Below, one piece after another: positions 29,580 through 40,136 of a stretch of DNA of 64,000 bases. This stretch comes from Candidatus Marinacidobacterales bacterium. Lineage in GTDB: Bacteria; Acidobacteriota; Vicinamibacteria; Marinacidobacterales; SMYC01. Numbering within the stretch: position 1 is the stretch's first letter; the number at the start of each line of letters is the position of its first letter. The stretch lies in NCBI GenBank assembly GCA_965224085.1, contig CBDCYI010000004.1, positions 736,001-800,000 of the forward strand. The letters run 5' to 3'. Under the pieces are notes generated by a model that saw only the letters and a list, made by a program, of their open reading frames with translations, made no database searches and had not been told where the DNA came from. Position numbers and translations under genes: made by a program.

Positions 29580-31165
29580 CTAAGCGTTCTTTTTGTGCAG
29601 GCCGAACTGCTCGAGCCGTTTGTAGAATGTATCGGAAGAGATCTTGAGAAGCTCGATGGCTTTGCGCTTGTTTCCTTTCGTGAACGCGAGCGCGCGCACG
29701 ATGTGCATTTTCTCGTGCTCGTCCATCACCTCTTTGAGAGACCTCGGCATCTCGTTATTCGAAGACGAAACACCTCCGGAAGCATTCAGGGGCGAGTGCT
29801 CGCGAATATAGTCCGGGAGATCGCTCGGCAGGATCACGTCGTTGTCGGAAAGACACATCACCGTCTGAACGACTTGTGCGAGTTGTGGCGTACGTTGAAC
29901 TCCCAACGGTACGCCTGGAGGACCTCCAGCGTCTCGTGCGCGAACTGCTTCTTGATCGGGCCGCGGTTGTACATGGCCGAGAAATGCTCGACGAGTGCCA
30001 CGATATCCTCCTGCCGTTCTTGGAGAGACGGCAAGCGCACCGTTTGTCCTAGCCGCGCGAGAAGGTCGGCCCGGTAGCGTCCTTCCTCGACCATCTTCTC
30101 GATCGGTCGGTTCGTGGCAGAGACAACGTAGGCGTCGACGTAGCGCGGCTTTGTATCTCCAACTAGATAAAGCTCGCCCGAATCCAGAAACCGCAAAAGC
30201 TTTGGTTGGAGCGAGGGCGCGATGTCACCCACCTCGTCCAAAAAAAGCACGCCCCCATGCGCCACTTCGAAACGGCCCTTCTTGTCTTGTCGTGCCTCAG
30301 TGAAAGCGCCTTTCACATGGCCGAATAGCTCCGATTCGATCACCGTCGGGGCCAAAGCCGGGATAGGAACGGGGACATAGGACTTGCCGCGCCGGTCGCT
30401 ATTATCCGCATAAGCGCGGGCGAAGAGTTCTTTTCCGGTTCCCGTGTCGCCGCGCAACATAACACTCGCGCCAGCGGCCGCCAACTTGCAAACCTGATCG
30501 AAAGCGGAGAGAAGCTTCGGATGTCGTCCAACGATGTGGTAACGGCGGATCTCGTTCTCGAGCAGGCTGAGCCGTTCGTTGCTCGATTTGAGAGCGTTCG
30601 TGTTCTTCACGAACTCCCGCGTTCGTCGGATCAAGGTGCCCGTGTACAGCGAGAGTGCCGTGACGAACTCGAGGTCTTCTCGATCGAACATCCTCCGTCC
30701 GCCGCGATTGTCCAGATAGATGAGCCCCTTCACAGGGTTTTGCGCAAGTGGGACGCAAATGATGGAGCGAATCTTCAGTATGTCGACGCTATCCGCGTCC
30801 CGAATGGCGAGATCGTCGATCTGGTCGGCCATGAGCACGGCGAGCCCCGTCTCCCTGGCTTTGCCGCAAGCGGTGTGGCTCAACTGCCACTCGGATTCCG
30901 GCCCCTTCAAATCCAGACTGTGGCTCGCGAGCGGCTTCAACTCGCCGGCGCGCGAGACGCTCAAGACGCAGGAGTGATCTGGCCTCAGGTGATCGATGAG
31001 AGCCTGATGGATGGTGCGGATAACCTCGCCGGGGTCGCGCTGCTCGAGGAGTTGCCGCCCGATGCTATAGATCGCTAGGAGCCGATCGGAGCTCGTCGCT
31101 CCGGATAAAGCCGCGCTCGGGTCGAGAGTTTCTTCCGTTTGCGATGTTGTTTGACTACGCGCCAT
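29580..31165 (-). CDS. GAF-domain sigma54-dependent activator (Fis HTH), frameshifted near 29885
   Basis: GAF (GLIYLDN), GDTGTGKE, ESELFGHVKGAFTEA, FLDEVG, NVR/QL, C-terminal GNKRKAIELLKISSDTFYKRL. Confidence 0.9.
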
Positions 31166-31634
31166 CCCGCTTTCGCTTTCTCGATGACCCCGGCCAGTGC
31201 TACGTATGAAGGCTATCGATTCCCGCATGTCGATGCAAGAAAAAGACGTTCTAAATCAAAAGACGTTCGTCTCTCCAATGTATCCGGCAGCGACTAGGCC
31301 AAAGCGAATGTGTGACGGCGGCGTATTCGCATATCGGTACGGGCACGATGGAACTCGACATCTCGCGCTCCTTCCGTTGTGCTCAGTCACGGACGGAAAC
31401 GCTAGTTTCTCTTCCGGACGACGCACGTCATGATTTCTTTACAATTAATGCTTTTGACCGATCCCCGTATAAGTGGCTTCTGTTGTGACGGTTATTGGAT
31501 GCGTGGGGACCGCCCTGCGTCGGATTGCCTTACAGCTGATCCGGAGTACTCTCGGTCGGCATTGGACTTCCGATTACGCGGAAGTTCATGTGGCGCAGCC
31601 AGTTCACACGCGCGCACCTACCCGCGTGGGCGGA

Positions 31635-31650
31635 TGGCATTAGATTTGCT
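31635..31650 (+). promoter_or_regulatory. sigma54 promoter
   Basis: TGGCATTAGATTTGCT (GG-N10-GC), 23 nt before ATG 31674. Confidence 0.75.
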
Positions 31651-31673
31651 ATAGGTAGTAGTGCGGGGATTGG

Positions 31674-32231
31674 ATGACGGTTCAGCCCGGCTCCATTTCC
31701 CGCTCTTTTGCCGCTCAACGGCACCGACGGGCGGACACTACCCCCTTTGGAGGAGCAGCTCCTTTGGAGAAGCGTTTCGACATCCCGCGAAGGATTGGAC
31801 GGGTGGCACCCAAACACGCTGCGACCGCGGCGGTGTTCACGGATTCCCAGCAGGCCGCCTACGGCGTGCTGACCAACGTCTCGGTGACCGGTGCCTGTAT
31901 CGTGACCGACTCCCGTCTGGCGCCGGGGAGCGAGGTCGACCTCAAGCTCTCCTTCTACCGGCAGCCCCGGCCGTACGAGATCGCGGCTCGCGTCGTTTGG
32001 AGCCGACTTGCCGGGGCACGCGAGAAAGGCTTCGAGGGCCTGCCACTACACGGCGTGCAGTTCACGCTTTCTAGCGCACTCCAGAAATCGCGCCTCCACG
32101 CGCTTCTCGCCAGCAAGGATTTCGTTGACGTCCTTCGTCCCCTGACCTTCAACCTTTTCCTGAACGCGCTTGCCGGTGATCTCGGAGAGCTCGGCAGCAG
32201 GATGGACGAGACCACGGGCGAGAAATCGTAA
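31674..32231 (+). CDS. PilZ domain protein
   Basis: KRFDIPR (RxxxR-like), LTNVSVTGA (N/DxSxxG), ARVVW, GVQF. Confidence 0.8.
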   Translation: MTVQPGSISRSFAAQRHRRADTTPFGGAAPLEKRFDIPRRIGRVAPKHAATAAVFTDSQQAAYGVLTNVSVTGACIVTDSRLAPGSEVDLKLSFYRQPRPYEIAARVVWSRLAGAREKGFEGLPLHGVQFTLSSALQKSRLHALLASKDFVDVLRPLTFNLFLNALAGDLGELGSRMDETTGEKS

Positions 32232-32270
32232 CCAGAGTGGCGGCTGCCGGGAAGGCGTCACCATGACACA

Positions 32271-32361
32271 ACAGAACAGTTAGGATTATGCTGACCAGAA
32301 ATCCGCTAACGGCAGCGCCAAAGCGCCTCAGGGCCACCCTACGCGGCATAATCCGTTAGTC
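32271..32361 (+). other. integron attC-like recombination site (orphan)
   Basis: ..GAAC, GGATTATGCTGAC ... CGCGGCATAATCC, GTTAGTC; inverted L-box-like arms and a terminal GTT core. Confidence 0.55.
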
Positions 32362-32591
32362 GGCATTACGCTGCTACCGCAAGTTCCCCCGGCCGTACCG
32401 CTCTTTGAAGTTCGGGAGCGAGATCCGGAGCCAGCAAAGCAGGCTGGGCTAGTGACGCGTCGGCTGACGCTCAGGAAAGTATTCGTGCGCGCGCTCGCAT
32501 CATTGGCAGACAATGTCGAGAGGAGCCTTCGGCGGTTCCCGTAAGGCAGGCTGAAACCAACGTTCAAGTGGCTCTTGCGGCCTGACAGCAA

Positions 32592-34109
32592 ATGATGACG
32601 GAAGCACCACGAATCGGTTCGACGTCGACGTCTCTCGCCCTTCGCCTGGTCCGGAACCTGGGTTGGCTCGCAGTCGGGGCGATCCTGAACGGCATCATTG
32701 GCCTCGTCATCACTTTGTACCTGGCCAGTGTCCTGGGAACCTCCAACTTTGGGACCATCGGGATCGCTCTCGCGATCCATAGCTTTCTTACCCTCATCGT
32801 GGGCGCCGGAACCGAGCCGGGGGGCATCCGAGAGGTGGCGCGCGAGGCCGACGGGACCCCGCTGATCTATGCACGAGTAGCGGGCTACCGGCTGATGCTG
32901 GCCGTGCTCGTGATGCTCTGCGCCATCGTCTACCTCCCGATGCGAGCATCGCTGCTCTCGGTCCCGACAAGTGTGGTGCTGGTTTTCGCATTGTCGGTGT
33001 TTCCCGCGGCCCTCACTACCGTGTGGGCCCTGCGCGGTCTCGACCGGATGGACCTGGTCGCGGCGGCGAACGTGGTGCAGCGCGTACTCGTCCTGCTGGG
33101 TCTCGTCCTGCTGGTTCGCCCAGTCGACACCAAATTGCTGCTCGTCCCGGTCGTGCATGTGGCCGCCGCATCGGCGGTAGCGCTGTGGTGCTACTGGCGC
33201 GTCACGAGCTGGTACGGGTTTCTTCCTGTCCGCTTCGATCGGAAACGTTGGGGCGTCATGACGAGAGAGAGCGTGCCGGTCACCTTGAATCTGCTCTTCC
33301 GTTTCGCTTTCTCCCAGGGGCCCATTCTGTTGCTGGGATGGCTGGCGAACACGGCCAGCGCGGGCGCGTTTCTCGTGAGCCACAAGCTTGTGCTGACGCT
33401 CGTACTGATCAGTGGCGTTGTCCAGCAGGCCACGTTTCCCGAGACGAGTCGTTTGGCGCTCCGCAGTCCCGATCGAGCGCTGCGGCTGCAAACGGTCGTG
33501 CTCCGCCACACGCTGACCTTGATGACGCCGGTTATCGTAATCGTCGCGCTCGTTCCTGACCAGATCATCGGCTTCTTCTTCGGTGACGCCTACGAAAGCG
33601 CGTCTCGAGTGCTATCTCTGACGGTGTTCTCGCTCCCTGTGCTCGCCTTCGCGGGGACCTCGAGGCAACTTCTGCTGGCGGGGGCGCGCCCGCGCCATCT
33701 AGCTTTGACGGCGGGCTTCGGCGCTGTGATCCACGTGCTCTTGGGAGTGCTCCTGATTCCGACGTGGGGCGTCGTTGGTGCAGCGATCGCCTGTTTGATC
33801 GGAGAGCTTGCGGCGGCGGTGGCTCTCGCTGCGGTGGTCCGGAGGGCCCTGAGCGCGATCCCCTGGGACTGGCGCTTCTTCGCTCCGGTGGTGGCGGGAG
33901 CCGCGATGGCGCTCGCTTGGTTGGTGGGACCAACAGGTAACCCTGCTATCCGCCTCCTGCTTTCGGGCTTCGTCTACGCACTGGTGGCACTCGTTCTGGG
34001 TGCAGTGCGGCGGGACGAATTGAGACGGGCTATCGCATACGTTCGCGAGACGCCCGCGCCCGCACGTGGAGGCGCTCCGCACGAGCGAGCCGGACCCGAT
34101 CCATCGTAG
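32592..34109 (+). CDS. Wzx-like oligosaccharide flippase (MOP superfamily)
   Basis: Multiple TMs, LYLASVLG..NFG, LLIPTWGVVGAAIA. Confidence 0.88.
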   Translation: MMTEAPRIGSTSTSLALRLVRNLGWLAVGAILNGIIGLVITLYLASVLGTSNFGTIGIALAIHSFLTLIVGAGTEPGGIREVAREADGTPLIYARVAGYRLMLAVLVMLCAIVYLPMRASLLSVPTSVVLVFALSVFPAALTTVWALRGLDRMDLVAAANVVQRVLVLLGLVLLVRPVDTKLLLVPVVHVAAASAVALWCYWRVTSWYGFLPVRFDRKRWGVMTRESVPVTLNLLFRFAFSQGPILLLGWLANTASAGAFLVSHKLVLTLVLISGVVQQATFPETSRLALRSPDRALRLQTVVLRHTLTLMTPVIVIVALVPDQIIGFFFGDAYESASRVLSLTVFSLPVLAFAGTSRQLLLAGARPRHLALTAGFGAVIHVLLGVLLIPTWGVVGAAIACLIGELAAAVALAAVVRRALSAIPWDWRFFAPVVAGAAMALAWLVGPTGNPAIRLLLSGFVYALVALVLGAVRRDELRRAIAYVRETPAPARGGAPHERAGPDPS

Positions 34110-34272
34110 TCGGAGCAAGAACGCGACACGCTCCGCTCACCCCCGGATCGATCACGAGAATGGCCGTTCCGACACCAACGCGCCCGGCGCGTCCTCCGGC
34201 AAGGCGGTTTGCATCCGAGCAGCGCTTGTAGTCGCCTGCGTAGGCGGAAAGGAGCCGACTGAGGTCCGGGGA

Positions 34273-35095
34273 TCACGGTCCGACCCGACCGGTAGAATCG
34301 TCCTGCGAAGCCTCGGGCACCTTGCGCACAAGGAACTGCCAGAACTTGCAGTGCTCGAGACCCGCCACCGCGTGCAGCACTCCCTTCTCCGGGTCCCACG
34401 TCACTAGCCCGGCCTCGTCCCCGTTGGGCTCGCTGACGCCAACGATGGAGATGCGTCGCTGCATGGACTCGAGCTGCGCGCGCACCGCACGCTCCGTGGG
34501 TCCGTACACGACCACGCGGTGCGGCAAGGCTCGCATGTTTCCACCGACGATGTCTCCGCCGCAGTAGCGATCGCCAGCCAATAGCTGCTGGGCTTTGCCA
34601 ATGTTCACGAGCAAGGGCCCGGGCTCGACCGCGCACCAATGTCCGCTGCGATCACGGCATTGCATGCCCGCCTGGTCGTTTACCACGGTTGCCATGAAAT
34701 CGTAGTCGGTGTGCTCGCTCAGGAGTTTCGCGACGAAACCCCCGTAACCATCGCCGTCCGCAACCGGCCGGACCAGCACCTTCTCGAGGTCCAGCCCGTC
34801 GTTGTAGAGGTAGAAGTTCACTGACGACCATTGCCAGGATCGGCACTCCGCGACGTGCGCTTCGCAAAGCAACTGCACTTGCCGCGACCAGGCCTGTCGA
34901 GTCGATCCAGCCGCCGCAGCTCCCGAATGCAGCTGGTTCGCGAGTTGATCGAGTTCCCGCCGGCGTGCGCCCGCGTTGCGAAGATATGCCCCGTCCACGG
35001 CGCGCCCCGTCGCCTCGCTCCAGGCTTCGCTCGGTATCCGCAGCAATTCGAGGGCCCGACAGAGCGCCAACGTGCGCACGAGCTGTTTGATGAGG
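34273..35095 (-). pseudogene. IPNS-like 2OG-Fe(II) oxygenase lacking its N-terminus
   Basis: EHTDY (HxD), LLVNIG, LPHRVV, RIS (RxS). Confidence 0.75.
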
Positions 35096-35352
35096 AAACC
35101 AACGAGGAGCTCGGCTTCCCGCCGGATCTAAGGGACTACCGTAGAGCCGCGGAGATTCTCGACGACCTTGGCGTCCAGTCCGTGCACCTGCTCACCAACA
35201 ATCCGAGCAAGGTCGCGGCCCTCCTCGATTACGGAATCCAGGTGACCCGTCGTGTGCCCCACTCGGCGGGGCGGCACTTCGAGAACGACCGTTACTTGCG
35301 AACCAAAAGCACGAAGATGGGTCACATCCTGGAATTCGAGTCCGAGTCGTGA
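35092..35352 (+). pseudogene. ribA: GTP cyclohydrolase II C-terminal fragment
   Basis: NEELGFPPDLRDY..AAEILDDLGV..LLTNNPSK..NDRYLRTK..KMGH. Confidence 0.9.
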
Positions 35353-36368
35353 ACGGCGCACCGGTCAACCCGACGCTGCTCGCTCCGGCACCCGGCGAGG
35401 TCAGCATCATCGACCGCCCGATCCCGCAACCGGGCACAGATGAAGTTCTTGTCCGCACCGCGTGCTCGCTCGTCAGCACGGGCACCGAGTTGATGTTGCT
35501 TTCGAACACCGCGCGCCTCGGCTCGTCATGGGCCCAGGACAGCAAGTTCCCTCGTGAGCTCGGCTACTCCAATGTCGGTGAAGTCATCGAGGTCGGCGCC
35601 GGTGTCGACCGCGGATGGATCGGAAAGCGGGTGCACAGCCACGCGCGACACCAGGCCTTGGCGCTCACGCCGGCCAAGAAGCTTGCCGAGATTCCACCCG
35701 GTGTCTCGGATGAAGCGGCCGCGTTCACCACGCTCGGGAAAGTCGCGATGAACGCGTTGCGCCGCGCCGGGTTGTCATGGGGGGAGAGCGTCGCCGTCGT
35801 CGGACTCGGCGTGGTCGGACAGCTAGCGGTGCGTCTATGCGAGTTCGCGGGCGCACGGCCGATCTTCGGCGCCGAGCCGTCCGACTTGCGGCGCTCGCTG
35901 TTTCCGCAAGTCCATCCGTTCTCGCTCATGCGGCAGACGGACAAGCGGCGGTGGCCGGAACAGGTTCGTGAGCAGAACGGACGCCTGCTCGACGTCGTCA
36001 TCGAGGCGAGCGGGAACCCCGACGTTCTTTCTGCAACGACCGAGCTCCTGCGCCCGATGGGACGTCTCGTGATCGCCAGCAGCCCCCGCGGCGCCAGCGC
36101 CTTCGACTTTCACGACGCGTGCAATCGGCGCAGCTTGACCCTCATCGGTGCCCACAGCTCCTATCACCCGCTCGAGGAGCACCCGGCACTACCATGGAGT
36201 TCCGCGCGTCACGGTCAGCTCTTCCTCGAGCTTGTCGAGTGCAGGCGCATCGACGTCGAGCCGCTCATCACGCACCGCGTTTCGCACCAACAAGCGACCG
36301 AAGTCTACGCGCGCTTGCTCGAAGATCGTCGAAACGCACTTGGAGTCGTCTTAAAATGGAACGCATGA
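35349..36368 (+). CDS. MDR-family (zinc-binding-type) dehydrogenase
   Basis: SLVSTGTE, LGYSNVG, VVGLGVVG Rossmann motif, DVVIEASG, LITHR. Confidence 0.88.
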   Translation: MNGAPVNPTLLAPAPGEVSIIDRPIPQPGTDEVLVRTACSLVSTGTELMLLSNTARLGSSWAQDSKFPRELGYSNVGEVIEVGAGVDRGWIGKRVHSHARHQALALTPAKKLAEIPPGVSDEAAAFTTLGKVAMNALRRAGLSWGESVAVVGLGVVGQLAVRLCEFAGARPIFGAEPSDLRRSLFPQVHPFSLMRQTDKRRWPEQVREQNGRLLDVVIEASGNPDVLSATTELLRPMGRLVIASSPRGASAFDFHDACNRRSLTLIGAHSSYHPLEEHPALPWSSARHGQLFLELVECRRIDVEPLITHRVSHQQATEVYARLLEDRRNALGVVLKWNA

Positions 36369-36417
36369 GCTCGGTCGGGTCCCGAATTATCTCTCCGATA
36401 TACCCAAGGAGTCACCT

Positions 36418-38398
36418 ATGAAGCCGCTTAGAGTCCTCATCGTTGCCCCCGACTACCGCATGGCAACGGGTTGGATCACCATGGATACGCGCGCGGACAT
36501 CCGTTCGGATCTCGCTCCGGTCACGCTAGCGACGCTCGCCGCGCTCGCGCCCGAAGGAGTGCAGGTCGACGTGTGGGACGAGCCCGCCAAGGGTCGGATC
36601 ACGGACGAGTCACTCGTCGACGTCCACTACGACTTCGTCGGCGTGACGGGATACTCGGGCCACATCGATCACGCGCTCCGCATCGCGTCCGTGTTCCGCA
36701 AGCGCGGGATCCTCACCGGGGTCGGCGGACCCGGGGTGTCGGTCCATCCGAAGTCCTATCGCGACCATTTCGACGTGCTCTTTCTCGGCGAAGCGGAAGA
36801 GACGTGGCCGCAGTTCCTGAACGAGCTTTCGAGCGGTGACTACCAAAGGGAATACCGCCAGATCACGAAACCCTCACTCCTCGAGAGTCCAGCGCCGAAA
36901 TGGGACGGGATCGATTCCCGCTTATATTCGATGGGAACACTGCAGACGACCCGCGGCTGCCCCTTCGACTGCGATTTTTGTGACGTCATCTACTTGTTTG
37001 GGCGCTCAATGAGGCACCGTTCTGTCGACCAAGTCGTCGGAGACGTTCGCGAGCTTTCACGGCAGGGCTTCCGGTCGGCGTTCATCACCGACGACGAGTT
37101 CGTCGGCGACCTCCGCTACGTCAAGGAGCTCCTGCGTGGCATGGGTGAGGTCAACCGAAGCCTGGACCATCCCATCGCGTTTCGCCACTCAGGCGACGAT
37201 CAATACATCCAAGGACGCGGAGCTCCTCGAGCTCGCGGCCGACGGCGGAATCGCATTCCTGTTCATCGGTATCGAGTCGATCAACCCGGAAACGCTCGCC
37301 AACATCAACAAGCGGCACAACCTCAACAAGGACCTGATCGCGGAGGCACAGCGGATCATGTCCTATGGGATCGCCCTGCGCGGCAACACGATCGTCGGCT
37401 TCGACGAGGACGACACTTCGACGTTCGAGCGCCTGTTCGAGTTCCACCAAACAGCATGCTTCCCGGTTCCCGCGATCACGATCCTCCAGGCCCCGCACGG
37501 GACGCCGCTGTGGCGCAAGATGGTGGAAAAGGGACAGGTCGTGGTGGAAGCGGGTGCGTTCGAGCGAGGCCGGTACTCGGATCAGTACGACGGCTACCAT
37601 TTCAACACGATCCCCAAGAGCATGAGCCGCGTCGAGCTGATGGAAGGCTACGCCGATCTCTATACGAGGCTTTTCGAGTGGCCGAACATCCACAAACGCA
37701 ACGAGGGCTGGCTACGGCTGTTGAAACGGCCGCCCTACATACCGGAGGAACGTTACAGCGACGAAGACGTGAGGAAGTTCATGGGCGGACTCGAGAGTCG
37801 CTCGCTGTTGGACGATGACGGCCGACGGGTGATCCGCGAGCTGACCGAAGTTTGCCGTGAGGTCGCGCCGTCACTCTGGCGGCGCCTCAAGATCATTCTG
37901 ACGATGCAAGCCCACATCCAGCAATCGCTTCGCGAGCGAGTCGTTCCGTCGCTCCGACACCAGATCCGGCACGAGCGCTCCGGCGTGTTCAAGCCGGTGG
38001 CGAAGAGCTTCCGGGCACCGGTTCCGCGCGCCTTTCGCGAGCACTTTCGTGAGCTGCTCGCGCCCGTCTACAAGCATATCCAGGCGAATCTTGACGACGA
38101 GGACCGCTTGCACGAGGCGATCACGCGCGTTTTCGTCGATTTCCTCGTTCGCTGGGGTGATGAGTTCGAGGAGCCGGCCGCGCATCACGCAACGTTTCTC
38201 ACGGAGCTCTGCAATCGGACTTGCGCGGAGATGAATCGCGTGCCGCCTGAAGAGTTCGTTCCGGTCGAGCCGGTGCGGACTCCCGCGGTCTCGCGCGGCC
38301 TCTCCCAGGCGCGAGAGGACATCTTACGCAACCTCGACATCGAGCTCGGGTTCGAGCCTCACGGAGAACCGCGGTCCCACCATGTCGGTGCTGGCTGA
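36418..38398 (+). CDS. cobalamin-binding radical SAM protein, +1 frameshift at the T-run 37180-37182
   Basis: N-terminal B12-binding-like domain (GVGGP, FLGEAE), TTRGCPFDCDFC, then FIGIES, IVGFDED, APHGTPLW in a second frame. Confidence 0.9.
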
Positions 38399-39434
38399 AG
38401 CCGTCGTCGCCGACGAGTTCCGGCACGCGAGTCGAGTGCTGTTCTCCGACTCGGCACTGTATCGCGAGCTCTCGTTGCGGATCGCCGACGACCCGGACCT
38501 GATCGCCATCGCGGCCCGTGCGAGGCCGGGCCAGTCGCCTGTGCTGTTGTTGTTCGCCGCCGTACATTTCGACACGCTGCGCGGCGTCGATCATGAACTC
38601 ACCGGAGTCTATCGGGACTTGCGTTCGAGCGAGATCGAATCGGAGCGAGTGTGGCCTCTCTTCCTGGATTACTGCCGGCAAGGCGCCTCCTCGGTCTCCT
38701 CTTTCGTCGCGGGCTCGCGGGTGCAGACGAACGAGCTCGGACGCTCCCTGCTGCTGAGGCTCGGAGTTGAGTGGGCCGCCGAGCGCCTGCAACCGCAACG
38801 GATTTCGTGGCTGGAGCTTGCCGCTAGCGCCGGTCTCAACCTAACTTGGGACCAATTCCAGATGGAGTTCTCGCGGGGGAGTCGCCGCTGGCAGCGCGGA
38901 GAGAGCGAGTCCCCGATCCGGCTCGACTGCCGCTTCGAGGGCTCGGAGACGCCCGTCGAACGGAGGACCGTCCTGCCGCGGGTCGTCGAGCGTCTCGGGG
39001 TCGACATCGCCCCGGTCGATCTACGCGCCCATGACGGCCCCGAGCGTCTCCAGGCCTTCGTCTGGGCCGACCATTGGGAACGGCTGGAGCGATTGCGGCG
39101 TGCGATCGAGCTGTTCTGCCAGAGCGCTCACAGCGTGCGCTTCGGGGACGCGACCCAGGATCTCGTCCGGATGTGCCGGGATCTACGCCCAGACACGACG
39201 TTATGTATCGGGCACACCTTTCTCGTCAGTCAACTTACGGAAAACGATCGAGCAGCTCTGAACGAACAGCTCGAACGGGTGTCCCTCGACCGAGAGTTGG
39301 TTCGCATCTTCGCGGAGTGGGAGGGCGAGGGTACGCAACTCGGCGTCGAGCATTGGAGAGGGGGACGACGGGCCGAACGGCGGACTCTCGCCCATTGCCA
39401 CCCACATGGACACGTCGTTTCCTGGTGCGCATAA
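38382..39434 (+). CDS. DUF2332 family protein
   Basis: SALYREL..IADDP, LLFAAVH, VQTNELGR, LELAASAGLNL, AFVWAD..R..RL, HPHG. Confidence 0.85.
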   Translation: MSVLAEAVVADEFRHASRVLFSDSALYRELSLRIADDPDLIAIAARARPGQSPVLLLFAAVHFDTLRGVDHELTGVYRDLRSSEIESERVWPLFLDYCRQGASSVSSFVAGSRVQTNELGRSLLLRLGVEWAAERLQPQRISWLELAASAGLNLTWDQFQMEFSRGSRRWQRGESESPIRLDCRFEGSETPVERRTVLPRVVERLGVDIAPVDLRAHDGPERLQAFVWADHWERLERLRRAIELFCQSAHSVRFGDATQDLVRMCRDLRPDTTLCIGHTFLVSQLTENDRAALNEQLERVSLDRELVRIFAEWEGEGTQLGVEHWRGGRRAERRTLAHCHPHGHVVSWCA

Positions 39435-39900
39435 GTGAATTCGATGGAACGCCAGGCACCCATTCACGACGAACACATCGTGCAGACGGCGAACGCGCTG
39501 ACGCTACTGCGGCGTATGGAGGTCGAACCGGCGTTGTCCGCTCGCTGGGAACAGACCGATCTGGTCGGCCGCTTGAGAATCGCTGCGGACGAGGGCCTGC
39601 CGTTCTCCGAGGATGAGCTCCGGCGCACCATCCGCGGTTGGGATTTCTACGGGAAGTGGATTCACCGGCTGAAAATCGTCCCTCCGTCGAAGGCTCCCGG
39701 CAGCCTGCCGGAGTTGTCCGCCGCGTACGCACTCACCGACAAACACATCGGCGACTACCGTCGTGATGGTCACATTGTGCTGCCCGGGGTCGCATCCGTC
39801 GAGGAGATGTCCAGCTACCTCCCGGCGATCCGCGCGACCGTCGACGCGCACAACACCCAGGCCGACTCGCCCACCGAGGGCGCCGAAGATGGGATTTCGC
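39435..39900 (+). pseudogene. Nif11-like N-terminal domain fused to a truncated PhyH-family dioxygenase
   Basis: NALTLLRRMEVEPAL..RIAADEGLPFSEDEL, then YALTDKHIGDYRRDGHIVLPGVASVEE; no HxD reached. Confidence 0.6.
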
Positions 39901-40136
39901 CCTATTCGCGCGTTGGAAATGCTCATGCCGCGCTATCGGCTTCCGGGTACCGCGCGTCGCGGGATGGTGGAGCGCCTAGGAGACTACCTTTCCAAGCTCG
40001 TTCTGCTGGCTGCGAACGTGCGGGCGATGGTTTGGTGGAAGGCACGCCGACTGTGGGCGGGGTCGTAACGCCGACGGATCATCCGGCGCTCTCACGGCGG
40101 GTCGACTCCACGGCGTGGACAACCCTCTTCCGAGTC

